Source: Eledone cirrhosa (taxonomy: Eukaryota). From it: a DNA stretch of 64,000 bases. A program made the translations under genes and the position numbers. Under the pieces are notes generated by a model. It was given only the letters and a program-made list of their open reading frames with translations. It ran no database searches and was not told the DNA's origin. Where the stretch lies: positions 179,924,001-179,988,000 of the forward strand of contig OZ024740.1 of the NCBI GenBank assembly GCA_964016885.1, read 5' to 3'. The stretch's first letter is position 1, and each line of letters begins with the position of its first letter. Below are positions 1 through 14,045 of this stretch, in pieces.

Positions 1-420
1 GCCTTCGTTTGCCTAGGAAGGGTAGACAGCCTCCCCTGTCTGGTGCCTGTAACGAAAGAAGTTACGTGGTGGACGTGAATGAAATGACTGAAGACCGACA
101 GTTTTCTATTCAACATAACACGCCTCAAATATTCCAAGTTCCACTTGAAAAGGAAGAAGGTGAAGACGGAACAGCTGCCGTACAGTTACATTTGTTAAAA
201 GCTGGGAGAACGTAGCGAGGATGACTCGATTGACTGGGTCTACACTGAATATGCCCCTGTAAGCTGGAAAGTTTTGAGAGGTGATGGGCATCTTCCTAGG
301 GTGATCTTGGAGGTTAAGGTACGGGTCCTTATTGACCACTCGGTGGTTCTCTCTCTTTCGGGGACACTTTATTGTTATCAATTTATTGTTTATTATCTGT
401 TTCATTCTTCACCTTTTCCA
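1..420 (-). mobile_element. Decayed L1/Tx1-like fragment (ORF1 end / APE start)
   Basis: Minus strand reads ...SSGTWNI*G.., resembling the APE N-terminal (S/T)WN(V/I)RG motif. It is preceded by a region weakly similar to the ORF1 C-terminus of the Tx1 copies downstream. Confidence 0.35.
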
Positions 421-1835
421 ACGTGTTTGTAAATCCGCACTGTCTCTATCTTTTATATTGTACATGTTTGGGCTCTTTAGTGAAATAGATAAAGAATCGT
501 TTTAATTGCTATTGTTTATATTATTCTTGTTGTTATTTAAATTGATGATTTATTCTGTAAATTTCCCAAAGAGAATTCCTGACTGAATCGTGTCAGCTCT
601 ACACTGATCTCCGATTTGTTTTGCATTAACATGCCTAGAAAATACCATGATGAAAACCAAAGCCTCCCCATCACTAGCTCAGAATCTGATTGATAAATAG
701 TGATCTTTATTTAAATGTCCATGACAACAAATATTATAAATAAAACATTATTTTTGTCCATGCTGTGCTAGATATAGGATGAATCACAGTTCTCATTACA
801 AGCTGTCACTATCTATTCTCATTAAATATCCTTATCAATACAGCTGTCTCTTGTTTGTGCATGAATCAATCAAATTCTTGTAATGCTTAGCCATTATCTA
901 GGTTTCTTCACTTTACCATCACAAATTTCTTCTATCTCTCTATCTCTGCCCGATTCTTCTGAAATAAAAGTGAACTCCTACCCCAAATTCCATTACCCAT
1001 CCACCGACTGTATTCAATAAAGTGTTTGACATATTTTATTTCAAATTCATGATAGCTACATGCTTATCGGTTTATATAACTTATAGTAACAAGATAATTA
1101 CATTTCAAATTAATTAAACTGCTGTACAAATTAATGTACACCACGAAAGTCAGTGTGAAAAAAGACATAACTTAGTCATGGTAAACGCCTTACAACGTAC
1201 ATCGTTTTAGTCATTTGCCTTCTCAGGTTCAAATATCGTCATTACATGTAAATTTAGATATTGATAATTGGAATCCTTATTGCTGTTTGCTAGTCGACAT
1301 AAGGTGAAGACAATTGAAAAGTCTACATCACACTGTTTTCCAACCATTTCGATATCTTACTTTCAGATAATAAATATTTACAAGGTAACCATAATTTACA
1401 TAACATCAATATAGAATGTGTTTAATGCATAACATGAGTTTCTGGTTTAATGTTTTAATATTTTAGAGATAAAGTTTGAAGACGATAAGATTATTAATAT
1501 ATATCCATAATATCAATTTCTAAACGCAAGTAAATTTCACAAAATGTGATTTGGAAAAATGACATTTAACAATATATAATTTTAATTCCATTATGTATAA
1601 TTATATTGCTAAGAATTGAAATATCATGAGAGAAGTTAAAACGTGGGGTAAATGAGGTTCTAGTTTTAATTGTAGAACCTTCACATAATTATTTCTTTAT
1701 GATTGTTTTGTCAACGAAATAAGTATTTGTAAAGTAAGGGAGTGAATTGAATGGAAAAAGTAAATACAATATTAACATCTATGAATTCTGCCTAGAGATG
1801 CCAACAACAGCAACAACAAACATTATTTTCAATAA

Positions 1836-2015
1836 GTGGATTGGGAGTATCGGTAGAGGGTCGGACGCCATGCTTTCCAGCATAGTTACGTCCCTTTATG
1901 ATCTGAGTTCAAATCCCGCCGAGGTTGACTTTGCCTTTCATCCTTACGGGGTCGATAAAATAAAGTACCAGTAATGCACTGGGTGATTGCTGGCCTTGTG
2001 CCTAAAGTAGAAACA
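1836..2015 (+). mobile_element. tRNA-derived SINE with Nin/Deu-like core
   Basis: B-box GAGTTCAAATCCC, core GCCTTTCATCCTTACGGGGTCGATAAAATAAAGTACCAG, tail GGCCTTGTGCCTAAAGTAGAAAC. 14-bp target-site duplication (TSD) ATTATTTTCAATAA at 1822-1835 and 2016-2029. Confidence 0.9.
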
Positions 2016-2682
2016 ATTATTTTCAATAAAATCAGATATAACAACCGTAACAATAACAAATATGATGTAATATGCATCCATACAACATTTAAGACAACGT
2101 CCATTCTAATCATTTAGCAAATTGTCATCTACTAATAAAACTAAGTATAATTCGAAATAAAAATACAATCAAGATTCAAAACATATAAAACTAATTAATA
2201 GATTCAAAAACAGAAATAAATCAACAGTCGTCCATTTAATAGGGAAAATTGTTTCCATTATTGTTTTCCAGTTGAGTACATTTTTCATTTCATCTGATAT
2301 ATTCCGTTTACAAAACAAAATTCTTCGTTATAACGTTTTGATCTTGACAAACGGCATAGTTCCACGGATGTCAATATGCTTCCTCTGTTATCTATCATTT
2401 TCCTGTGGGACTAATTACTATATCAGATTTTACCGGCGTCGTACATCAGATTCTGAGAAAGTGAACTTGTAGCATTTGGCAAGGAAATCAACTATTCTTA
2501 TATCGCATATGTATAGTTTTACAGTGTAGAAAGACAAAGCAAAACACACAAAAAAAAAAAAAAAATGATTCAGGCCGTCTCTCGGGCATTGCATATAATT
2601 TGATGTTCTACATATTGATCCATCTTATGACTAGCATTCCACTGACCATGTAGCCTCACTTTCAAATATTACTCCTGCTATG

Positions 2683-2870
2683 TCGGAGTACTCCGCTAGA
2701 AGGTCGGATGCCAAGCTTTCCAGCATAGAGTTACGCCCATTTACGGTCTTAGTTCAAATCCCGCCGAGGTTAAAATTGCGTTTCATCCTAACGGGATCGA
2801 TAAAATAAAGCATCAGTAATGCATTGGGATAATTGCTGGCCTTGTGCCAAAAGCAGAAACACTTAATTAT
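2683..2870 (+). mobile_element. SINE, same family (diverged)
   Basis: Same B-box, core and tail order as the 1836-2015 copy. Confidence 0.85.
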
Positions 2871-3343
2871 TAGCTCTATAATATTAAAAGAAAATTCAAA
2901 GTTTCGCTTGCTACCTGTAACAATATTGTTGTAAATGCATGTGGGGTAAAAATAGAATTGCAATAACATTAAATGTTATTGTTTTTGGTAATGTATAAAC
3001 AACATTAGTGACAGTTTTCTAAAAACATATTTCAATTATAATTTTTGAGATTACTTCCATTTCTCTTCTGGAAATTGTGTGGAATTTAAAACCAATATTG
3101 ACTTTAATTCAGGCACAAGGACAGCAAATATTTAATGAAGATCAAAGTTAAATGAATCAAACTGCGTTCTTGCCTGATACTTTATTTTAACATCCCAGGA
3201 AATCAATACAGAAGCACGTCCGTATAATTATATTCATAATATTGAAAGCCACAGGTAAAATTAGTCGCTGTTTTTAAATGTAATACAGCAGTGTTTATAT
3301 GTAATTATTATATTTGTTTTGTTTTATTATTATCAGTCAAATA

Positions 3344-3532
3344 GGGCGGTGGATTGGCAGTATCGGTAGAGGGTCGGACGCCATATATTTGCAGCAAAGA
3401 GTTACGGCCCTTTATGGTATGAGTTCAAATCCCGCCGAGGTTAACCTTGGCGTTCATCCTTACGGGGTCGATAAAATAAAGTACCAGTAATACACTCGGA
3501 TAATTGCTGGCCTTGTGCCAAAAGTAGAAACA
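3344..3532 (+). mobile_element. Full-length SINE, same family
   Basis: A-box-like TGGCAGTATCGG, B-box GAGTTCAAATCCC, core and tail. 18-bp TSD ATTATTATCA(G/A)TCAAATA at 3326-3343 and 3533-3550. Confidence 0.9.
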
Positions 3533-4434
3533 ATTATTATCAATCAAATATTTGGTGAATCAGAAATAGTAATACAGCAAATGAAATAGTTCACTGTATT
3601 TAATTAAATTACTTAGATTTGGATCTTATGAATCAGATGCTGATGAAGTAAGCTCTAATATATATTGTTTAACTAAATCCATTAAATCCCTTTCCACTGA
3701 GGTTGTGGAGTTATATCAATATTCTTGTACTTAGACAGTATCTTAGAATGTATGTGCATTGATGTATTTGTCTCTTGTTCCAGGTATTCTTCTAAACAGT
3801 GTAGTATATTTTGTAATATTTTAAAAAACAACATTACGTATATATGTCTTATTTAGTATTACCAATCTTAATGCAAATGTGAGAAGTAATAATAGATGCA
3901 CCTTCACGGGCAACAATATGCAATTCAAGGTGCGTAAGTTGTTTCAACCACACATTTAAAATATAATTATTTCCATTGAACATTTGTGAGAGATACGTCA
4001 GAATGTCTAAATATGTTTATTTGAATTAGTGCGACAGGGCAAATCATAAATATCGGCTTATTTTCTCTGACATCCCATACATGTGTGTACGATACTCATG
4101 TATTTCAGCGGATGCGTAATAAGCCAGATAATTTATATTCATTTGTAACTATAATCTTTAAGCTGATGTTTCCTTTAACGTAGGTTCTAAAAAAAGAAAT
4201 GGTCCTCAGTGCTTTGATATTATCTTCAATCCACTTCAATATTTTAATGTAAGCACATTCTGCACTCACCAACACTTCTGTAGTGCAATTTAGTTTTGTT
4301 AAGATATATCAATTTATTCTGAAGTGGTGTCTCATGTTTGTTTCAATAACATTTTTGCGATGTTAATTCTGTAAAAAGTATTTAAAACATTAAGGTACTT
4401 AGCTTCATTTGATAATTATACAACACATTTCTCA

Positions 4435-4963
4435 TCTCCTTATAATATATAACCAGCAATTTCTCTGTCTGTCTGTCCGACAGTGGAAACACGTGCGCGC
4501 GTGAGAATGTTTTTTGCGCACGCGTAGAGAGAGAGAGAGTGAGAGTGAAAGAAAGTGACAGACTACGAGATGGGGATAGCGGGAGGGAGAGAAGGAGAGA
4601 GAGAGAGTGAATAGACGCTAAAACACGTGCGCGCGTGCGAATGTTTTTTGCGCACGCGTAGAGAGAGAGTGAGCGTGAAAGAAAGAGACAGACTACAAGA
4701 GGGGGATAGCGGGAGGGAGAGAGGGGGGAATTGAGGAGTGCTACAGAAACATATACATTTCTGTGTGTGTGTAATATATATATATATATATATACACACA
4801 CAGAAATATATATAAATGTCTGTGTGTGTAATATATATATATACACACAAAGAAATATATATATACATTTCTGTGTGTGTAATATGTATATATATACACA
4901 CAGAAATATATATATATATACACACAGAAATATATATACATTTCTGTGTGTGTAATATATATA

Positions 4964-5001
<38 letters not shown>

Positions 5002-5033
5002 AACAGAAATATATATAAATTTCTGTGTGTGTA

Positions 5034-5064
<31 letters not shown>

Positions 5065-6647
5065 ATACAATAACAGAGATAGTTTAAAGCTAAACTCTGA
5101 CTGGTAACCATCTCACTCAACAAACATTAGGTTATATTGAAATATAAACCCAATTTAAGTGTTTGGGGTGCTAACAATATGTATAATGTGGAAAAATCAG
5201 TGGTATTATTTTATGAGATATAATTAAAGTTAAAGTATATCTCTCTTTCCAAACAATTGTTTCATTATAACTTTTTTACAAGTTTGGGAGAATGTTTCCA
5301 GTTTATGTAGAAGCCTAATATATATTCATGTAAGAATATATTTAGGTGGGCACTTATAAATCATCAGTGGAAGCCCATTAAACATTGATATAAGAAAACA
5401 ATTTCTTACCGCTGTCAAAAATCATGTCCGTAAAGTTGGTCTCTCCCACCTCGAATGACCGCTAAATTTGAAATTCCAGCAGTTTTTGACTGAGGAAGTA
5501 TCATAGCGACACGAAGCGGGAAGGGGAGACAACCCATGAAATGAGGAAAAAAAATAATAATATACACGCGGGTTAATTAGTTTTTTTGAAAACATTATCA
5601 ATCCAACGTGATTAAGAACTCAATTGAAAATAAAAAAAATAAATATATGTTTGTATAAATTACACACGCATATAGATATTTTCTTAGGCTAAATCAGAAG
5701 TTGTACCCGAATAAGAACCGCTTCTCATAACCGCAGTAAATGCAGAAAGTTATGCTATAAAGGGCAAATAGGAATATAATTCTCCGGCCGAATTATTAAG
5801 AGTAAAATATAAAGCACACGCGGGTTAATTAGTTATTTCAAAACCAATATTAATTCCTCGTGTAAAGAACTCAATTAATAAAAGAAAAATAAATACATAT
5901 ATGCATGTAATTATATACGTAGGCATATATATATATATTTTCCTAGGCTAAAAAACAGACAAGTTACAACCCCCAAAAAAGCCACAATATTTCACAACAG
6001 TAATAAATACGGAAAGTCAAATTCATATATATATACACATACAGAAATATATATACATTTCTGTGTGTGTAATATATATATATATATATATATTTATACA
6101 CACAGAAATATATGGGCATTTCTCTGTTTGTCTGCCTGTCTGTCTGTCCGTCTCTAAAACTCAAATGTAGGTGCTACAGAAATATTACCTTCCCCTTCCT
6201 TTCTCCACTTTTGTACTACCAAGTGAAACACTGTCGCTACAGAAACATTACCTTCCCCTCTCCACTGACTTTGGTCACTGAGGCCGAGGGAATCGCCGGT
6301 TGCTATAGAGACACTTTGCACGAGCCAGAAGTAACCAGTTCGAGGCGGTTCTGACCTGACACCATGCCAAGGACCATTTGAAGAAGGTTTCGATTGAATT
6401 TGTGGTTTGAAGAAGGTTGCTATTGAATTGGTGGTTGTTGCTGCTGATAATAAGGACCATTTGAAGAAGGTTGCTGCTGATGAGGTAATTTATTAATCAG
6501 ATTGCGTAGTTCCATAAGCTCAGTCTGGAGCTGCGGGATTTTATTAATACGTTTGATTTGTTCAATTTCTTATCCAAATCTCAACAATATCAGTATATAC
6601 ACTAGATTTGCTAGCAGAAAACCGCCCACCGGGTGGTTTTCTGCTAG
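4435..6647 (+). mobile_element. Non-autonomous Helitron-like element (composite, internal tandem repeats)
   Basis: A|TCTCCTTATAATATA 5' end followed by a CTGT microsatellite. 3' hairpin at 6611-6647 ending in CTAG. Internal duplications at 4487-4720, 4742-5060 and 5560-5700/5815-5955. Confidence 0.55.
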
Positions 6648-7551
6648 TCTATATATATAAAACTGAGAATGTCTGCCTCTGTGTGTGTGAGTGTGAATCC
6701 CTAAAATTCGACAAACACCCAACCGACTATTTTGAAACTTTACACATGTAATAATATGTTTCAGGGAGTGTTCTGAGCAAAAAAATCTCACAATTTCAAT
6801 GACCTAGGGACCGCATTAGCCGAATTAGTTATCTCTCTCTATAGTTTTTAGTCTTTCTCTTTTTAGATAGATACATACATATAACGTCGCGCCCTTATAA
6901 TATCTGTCTGTATGCCTGACTGTCTGCATTACGTCTCTTCCCTCAGGATGTCTGTGTGTGTGAGAGAGTTTGAATCCCTAAAACTCGAAAAGTACCCAAC
7001 CGATGTTTTTCAAGCTTTACATGTGTATTACTTATGTTTCAAGGAGTGTTATGCACATAAAGAAATTCAACATGTTGATACTCTAGGGCCCGCATTAGGT
7101 GAAAAACTGCTTTTTTTAAGTTTTTAGAGGTTTTATGAGGCGTTACGTGGGACCAGTTTCCTTGAAATTGTAACTATGTATTAGTCAGTTTCTTCTCCAT
7201 ACCGTGAGCAAAGAAAATCCAATTTTTATATGGCTTAGGTGAAAATCTTCATTTTTTCAGCTTTTTAGGGCTTTTTGGAAGCGTTACGTCTAGCCGATTT
7301 TCCTGAAATTTCAAAGCATATTATGCACATAAAAAAGAATTCATTTTTTGATCCCCTCGGGCCCGCATTAGGTGAACACTTGCATTTTTCCTGCTTCATC
7401 AAGTAAAATCTTAAAGATTATCCAGCCATCAGAGTATTCAGTTGATTTTCTTTACATATTGTCTAGGCATGCATTGTTTCCACGATTAGGTCTGTTGGCG
7501 GCCCGCTTTCCAAAATACCTTATCCCGTGCAATGCCGGGTACCACTGCTAG
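6648..7551 (+). mobile_element. Non-autonomous Helitron
   Basis: 5' TCTATATATATAAAA. 3' GC hairpin CCCGTGCAATGCCGGG followed 8 nt later by CTAG|T. Internal repeats of CCGCATTAG. Confidence 0.8.
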
Positions 7552-7640
7552 TCCTTTATAAAAATAAAATTCAAAGATCATATATATCCTAAATACATTT
7601 TCTTTGCTTGCTTGACAACTATTATTAATTACATACTTAG

Positions 7641-8470
7641 TTGTGGAAGGGACGTGCTCTTATGGTCAGACAACCCATCTGCTGTCAGCACCGGTTGCCT
7701 GGAGGACTTGGCATGCCGTGTCTGATGATGCGCAAACATGTGAGGAGGCTGCAACATCTCTGGTGCTTCATTGACGGTGATTAGATGTAGTCACCGTTTG
7801 CCAGACGCGTTTAGCTCGTCTCATTGACGGAGTTGCAGTCCTGGATCAGGAAATGACCGAGGAATAGCGCTTGGAAGCTGGAATATCTACAAGCGCTCAC
7901 CGCCTTCTACCAGTTGGCACTAGTATCGGTGGAACAACCTCCTCGGCGTTCTATAGAGGCCTAGTCGAGGGGATGAGCGATGACGTTCTCCGGGAGACCC
8001 TGGCGTCGAGACGATCATCCTTTCACTCTCTTCAAGAGAAATTTCATCACAGGGTCTATGGACAAATTCCAGAAACCCTAGCCTGGCAGTGCTACAGGGG
8101 GAACGTTGTTGGTTCGAGACAAGCTCTATAAGCACGGAAGTGTCGTTAGCCGAGCCTGTCCGAGATGCGCAAAGGGCTATGAAACCATCCTGCACGCAAT
8201 GGTTCAGTACCCGAGCATTGCTGACTTGTGGGTCTATGTCGAACAGTTGCTGTCGCGTGTAGGACGGATCCTGTTATCAACTAAGTCCATTGTGCAGATA
8301 GCCCCGACATCATCCTTTAAGGAGGAGGAAGGGCATGCAGTGTTCATCTGCCTGGTGGTCATGGCGAAAGAGGTTATGTGGTGGACAAGGTTGAAAGTAT
8401 TGAAGACGGACACTTTCCTCTCCGGCGAATCCCTGATTAACCTTTTCAAGTTTCACTTCAAGAGGAAAAT
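7641..8470 (+). pseudogene. Tx1-like LINE ORF2 C-terminal fragment
   Basis: Broken frames homologous to 27700-28540, including LAWQCYRG and the CPRC...LH..VQ zinc-finger region. Confidence 0.85.
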
Positions 8471-9530
8471 CAACATCTCCCCTCTTATGAAAAATATTGT
8501 AGATAGTCATTAATTTCTTTATTTTCTATCCATCTTTTCATCGTTTAGGAATTTAGCTTATTTAAGAATGTTTGCTCCATTTAAGAATCAGCGCACCGCA
8601 CTTAATAATGGACAAAACTCGCGTATTTATTACACTTATGCTATTCCTAGTATTCAGATGTTATTTTAGTGTTTTCCTTAATCTTATTGTGCATCTTAAT
8701 TTATTATCTCCTTCTTTTTACCGTCCTTTATTTTATCTGCCTTCAAAACACCCAACCTCATCTATCTTTCTTCGGTGTCTATCTTCTTTATTACCTCATC
8801 CGTCTGTATATCGATGCCTTTGATTCTCTTCAATTTACCCCTCCTCATCAATAGGACTCCACACATATTAACACTAAATCTTATACATATAATCATTGCA
8901 GAAAATACGAACTGTGTTTTGAAGTTCATACAACGCCTCGTTATTTCCGAATAGTTTGTTAGTCATCCACGAAGAGGAAACATTGATGGTAAGCGCTCCT
9001 CTTCCCAATTCGTATCTTGTATCCACACTTTGCAATACAAAGGATATTTTTCTTGATTCTGCCCCTAAAAGATATATCTGTCTCCCAATTAATCATGTTA
9101 TTACTTAATAGAAATCTGATTATCTCGGCCACCTTCAACATATCTAGGTACTTGGTATTCCAAGAATGAGAAACCGTTTCGAATGCCTTATTTTAATTCT
9201 ATCAATTCTATGGCAAAACGAATATGCCTCCTCTTACAAGTATTTATTAAAATCTTATCAATAAGTAAATGGTCTTTCGTACCACAGGACTTATTTCACC
9301 ATACTTTCTGTTCATCCGGCAGTAAGTTGTTTATGACGAGGTGGTGGTAGGTTTCCTTATATTCAGTTTCTTAGCAATTTTCACGTCAACAACAGGCATG
9401 TGATAGGCCTATAGTTGGTAACGCAATTTCCCTTCGCTTGGTCTCTCATGGAATGTTTTGTCTAACAATGCGGTACTTCCCCCAATATCAAGCAGTCATT
9501 GAACATGCTGCCAGTATCAAGTGGAAAGAC
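8470..9530 (-). pseudogene. Old Dong/R4-like reverse transcriptase (RT) remnants
   Basis: Minus-strand patches (NYRPITCL, PDEQK, H..F.DD) match the Dong-like copies nearby but are heavily deleted. Confidence 0.65.
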
Positions 9531-9563
9531 GCTATATTTGTCTTCTTGTTTTGGAACACCCCA

Positions 9564-12500
9564 CTTCTTCTTCTTCTTCTTCTTGAATATCAAGCCGCTA
9601 GCTGCAGCCTCAGATATTCAGGACGTATCGGAGGATTCTTGCTGTTCCCAGCAAGCATGCCTTTTGAAGTGTACCAAAAAGCGGGGCTGGACTTCTTTAA
9701 CCATCTTTGGAAACTCTTTGAGATAGTAACTGGTGCGCCTATGACAATCGGGAAGACATTGATTTCATGGCAGTTCCAAATCCTTTTTAACTCCCAATTT
9801 AAATCCTGGTATCGGTTAATTTTCTCCCTCTCCTTTTCTTGCACTCTCGTGTCATATGGGCAGGCTACATCTACAATCAGGCACGATCTTTTTTCCTTGT
9901 CCAAAACCACCAGGTCAGGCCTATTGTGTTCTAATTTCTTGTCCGTCTGTATCCTAAAATCGCATAGCATCTTCACCTGATCCTTTTCTATCACCGACTC
10001 TGGCTTATGCTCATACCACTTCTCAGAATGTGGTAAATTGTTTACTTTGCATAGATGCCAGTTGATCACCCTGCCTATCATATCATGTCTCCAGCCTTTA
10101 TAGTGAGTCTGCGCTAGGTGTTTACACTCGGACACAATGTGAGCCACAGTCTCCTCTCTCTCCCCACAGATCCTACACCGTGAGGTAGCCTCCTCCTTGT
10201 CAATATGGTGTTTCACCCACTTCGTTCTGAGGGCTTGATCTTGCGCAGCCATTAGCATTCCATCTGTAGCGTTTTTAAGGTCCCCTCTTTGTAACCAGTT
10301 CCATGTCTGTGGATCTCTAAATTCAGTTTTCTTAAAGAAGGTACTATGAAGGGAATGTTCATGAAGGTTGCTCTTCCTCCTTGTTGTTATTTCCTCCTTG
10401 GTCATCCCCTAGTCTATTGTTTTCTCCTTCAGTACAATTTTGAGCATTGGCTCCCTACAGTCAGTCACATATTTGTCCAGGTTGATTTTCTGCATCTGAA
10501 CACAGTCATCTATGCTGATAAAACCTCTTCTACCTTCAGATCTCCTTAAGTAGAGTCTATCGACATCACTCCTCTTGTGGAACATGTTGTAGATAGTCAA
10601 TAGCTTCCTAGTCTTCCTATCCATTTCTTTTTGTCCAGCAACATACCATTTCAGAATTTCCGCACTGTAGCTAATAATAGACACAGCTCGGTAATTCACT
10701 GCACTTATGACATTCCTACTATTTAAATGTGATTGCAATACGCTCCTTACTCTCCTTATGTACTCAGATCTTATCAATTCCTTCATTTTGTTGTTCTTGA
10801 TGTCATCTGGCTCCAATGTCAATTTCCTTTATCATATGAACTGTTGGTACCTGGATTCCGTTGATTCTGCTCAATTTATCCCACTTCATCACTAATACCA
10901 AATTCCATACATATATCACTGCTGAAAATACGGAGAGTGTCAACAAGTACATCCAGCTCCTTCTCACTCTTCCCAAAGAGTTTAAGTTCGTCCATGAAGA
11001 GGAGGTGGTTGATGGTAAGCTCTCCTTTTCTCAACTTGTATCCTTCTCTCACTCTTCGCAATATAACGGTCAGGGGTATCAGGGCAGGGACAAACAGCAA
11101 AGGGGACAATCTATCTCCCTGGAAGATACCTCTCTTGATCTTCACGCCCCCCAAGGATTATCCACCCGATGTTAACTCTGTTTCCCAGAACTTCATACTT
11201 TTGCTCAACAACTGTCTGATGTTATCTGCCACCTTAAAGATCTCTAGGCTTTTGGTTATCCAAGAATGAGCTACCATGTCGAATGCCTTTTTGTAATCTA
11301 TCCGTCCCATGGCAAGACCAGTGTGTCTCCTCTTGCAATTCCTCATTACCATTTTATCAATAAATAACTGGTCTTTTGTACCATGGGACCTCTTCCGGCA
11401 TCCTTTCTGTTCGTCCGGTAACAAGTTGTTTATGTGGAGGTGATGGTAGATTTCCTCAGACACAATGCTTGTTAACAGTTTCCACATCACCGACAGACAT
11501 GTGATAGGCCTATAGTTGGTAACATCTTTAACCTTGATTCGGTCTTTTATTAGCAGAACTGTAGAACCTTTTGTCAACCACTCTGGTACCTCACCTGACA
11601 TCAAGCAGTCATTGAACATGGTTGTCAGTTTCGGGTGGGGGGATGTTATATTTTTAATCCAATACCCTTGCACACCATCTGGGCCTGGTGATTTCCAGTT
11701 GGTTAGTTTATTGGCCTGCTCTTTAAGAGTTTCAACAGTGATACTCAAATGAGGTTGTTGGTGTGCTTGTTCGCTGATCTCCTTTTGAATTGGCTCAACC
11801 CATACTGCCTGACTATTATGTTCAAAAACCTGCTCCCATATTCCTCTTCAGAATGGCTTAGTCTGTTCCGCCTCAGCGATCACGTCGTTGCCTCTTTGTT
11901 TCCCTTCAAGCTATCCAAACAACATCTTCTTGTTGTTGTCAAATATGCGGTTCTGTCTATACCGACTGACTCTGTTCTCCTACCGCATAATCTATGCATT
12001 TTTTGCTACAATGCGTTGCTTCAGTTCTTCTATGATAATAGTTAGCTTTTTTCCCACTAGTTTCGTAGTTCATTTCCAATCTATCTTTAGTGTCTATGTT
12101 TTGTAATGTACCATTCAGTAACGACTCAAGCTTCCAATGTCTTTTCTCATTTCCTTGATGTGACCATTCAGTTGTTTCTTCCATCAAGGTTCTGATCTTT
12201 CTTGTTTGTTGTTTCCTCTCGTTTTTATGCCAAGTAATATCGCATTTGCGGTTGCTTTGAGGATATTGTTACATTGGTGAAGGTTCCTCGCCTCAAGGTA
12301 TAGGATGAATTTGTTCACCTTAAATGTTGTTTCTTTTAAATTTTTCTTGTCTACAAATCTTAGGTTCATAGGTTTTCCACTATCATTGTTCATTTCATCT
12401 ACCACTAAGTTCAGGATAGCAACAAAATCTTGTCCTAACCCGTCAGCATTCATTTCCTCAATGGCCGTATCTTTGTTCCAGATGTTATTTATTTCAGCAT

Positions 12501-14045
12501 TCAGATTATTGTCTGCTTCGGGTGCTTCCCAGGTCACTCAACCTCTTCACGTTCATTCCATCTAGCTCGTTTGCCTGATATATTCCACTCTCCATTTCCA
12601 ACTTAATCTCTCTGCTCAGTTCCTCCATTTTCAACTCGCTTATCCATCCATTAGTTCTTATTCCCCGAGCCTGCCCGGCCAATTTTTGCTTATCTAATTT
12701 AAATCGACCAATCTTGTTCCAGATCGGTTCCTATAGCCTTTTCCTTGGGGTTACTTTTCAGGTAACATTTCATGACAGTTCTATTCAATTCTTTCGTCCA
12801 GTTGGTTCTTGTCCATTTCCTTCTTATTCCTCCAACACCAGCAGTATTTGGATGACAGCCAGGTCTCTGCTGCTGGGCCAGGGAGCACTTGATGGTTGAG
12901 AGTCGTTAAAATGACGTTCTCGTCTCCTTTTCACCGTTATTTGAACTGTTTAGGTTCGACATTTAAACACTCATATGGAGGATTGGTGAATGTATGGTTA
13001 CATAACCACCGGTGATTTCATCAGTCCCGGCGATTTTAGCGTGGCACCATCACGATGTAGACGAACATAAATAAATAAACAAATAAATAAATAAAAACAT
13101 AAAAAATTAAATGTAAGTTTCATTGTAATCTTTGAATGTCTGACTTAGTTCTTTTTTTTTCTTTTTGTTTTTCAAGGTCAGTAACATAATTTACTAGTGC
13201 TGTGGTTGCTGTTGCTGCAGTTTTTTGATTTTAGCTAAGCCAAGCTCGTAGTCATAGCAACGAGGGATGTAGGAGGTGTTGCGTTCAAAACCTTTGAAAT
13301 TTGTTTTTCTTTTGATGTTGCATTTGTTTTTGTCTGTGTTCTGTTCTGTAATTTTTCGACTTGTTGCTTATCCTTATTTGCCTGTCATCCTTACCTGGTC
13401 GATAAAATAAAGTACCAGTAATACACTGGCTAATTGCTTGCCTTGTGCCAAAAGTAGAAACAATTAATATTATTATTTGACTTCGTTTAAACTAAACATT
13501 TTGAGAGAGTTTAGAGATACAACGACAATAATTATTATGGTGTTGTTGTTAGCTGTTTGACCGGGTCACTAAATCAGTCTATTTTTATCTCTTGGTGAAT
13601 TCCTCGTTTCTAGTCATGTGTAGTGTCACTACTACCTTCCCTCTCTTAACAGGAGGTATTGAGGGAATAGTGGTGGTAGCGATGATTGAGTGGTGACGGT
13701 GGTGATGGGGTAGTAGTACTGTAGTGATGATGTTGTTGCCGCTGTTGGTTTGTCTCTCGCTAAAGTTGGTGGTAGTGGTGCTGGTGGCGGCGGCGGTGGT
13801 GGTGTTGGTGGTGAAATTATTTGGCTATTGTTTTCTTCCATTTGTGACCATTTGTAACCAATTTATTTTTTTACTACAACATTTCTGATACAAAATTAAA
13901 TATTTGAGACTTATGTCATAGTGTTATGTGTTGTCACTTCCCGAGAGCTAAGACTGATGTCTTATGTCACATTTGTAATAAGAATTATTCTATCACAATG
14001 GCTTTAAAAAAGTAAAAAATCAAAAACTTACGAAAGCGATTTGGC
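9564..14045 (-). mobile_element. Dong/R4-like RLE retrotransposon, family B, degenerate copy
   Basis: ORF fragments carry RT motifs (KSPGPDG, NYRPITCL, GIFQGD.LSPLLF, FMDE), CCHC finger CRIC...H...EC, RHD, and RPD..D..K endonuclease. The 5' region 12930-14040 is homologous to 32433-33480. The 3' end abuts (CTT)n at 9564-9584. Confidence 0.9.
13383..13470 (+). mobile_element. 5'-truncated SINE inside Dong-B 5' region
   Basis: TCATCCTTACCTGGTCGATAAAATAAAGTACCAG...CCTTGTGCCAAAAGTAGAAAC. Confidence 0.8.

Noticed and set aside
600-1050. Purine-skewed tract that may be an ancient LINE
   Set aside because: No recognisable protein motif was found in any frame.
3344-3435. tRNA-like A/B boxes
   Set aside because: They are the head of a multi-copy SINE with TSDs, and no cloverleaf can be formed.
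4742-5060. Regularly spaced palindromic repeats resembling a CRISPR array
   Set aside because: The spacers are just (TA)n, the context is eukaryotic, and there are no cas genes.
4382-5123. ORFs rich in Y/I/H/T (also 47931-48351, 55925-56359, 60453-60860)
   Set aside because: These are translations of (TA)n/(CA)n microsatellites.
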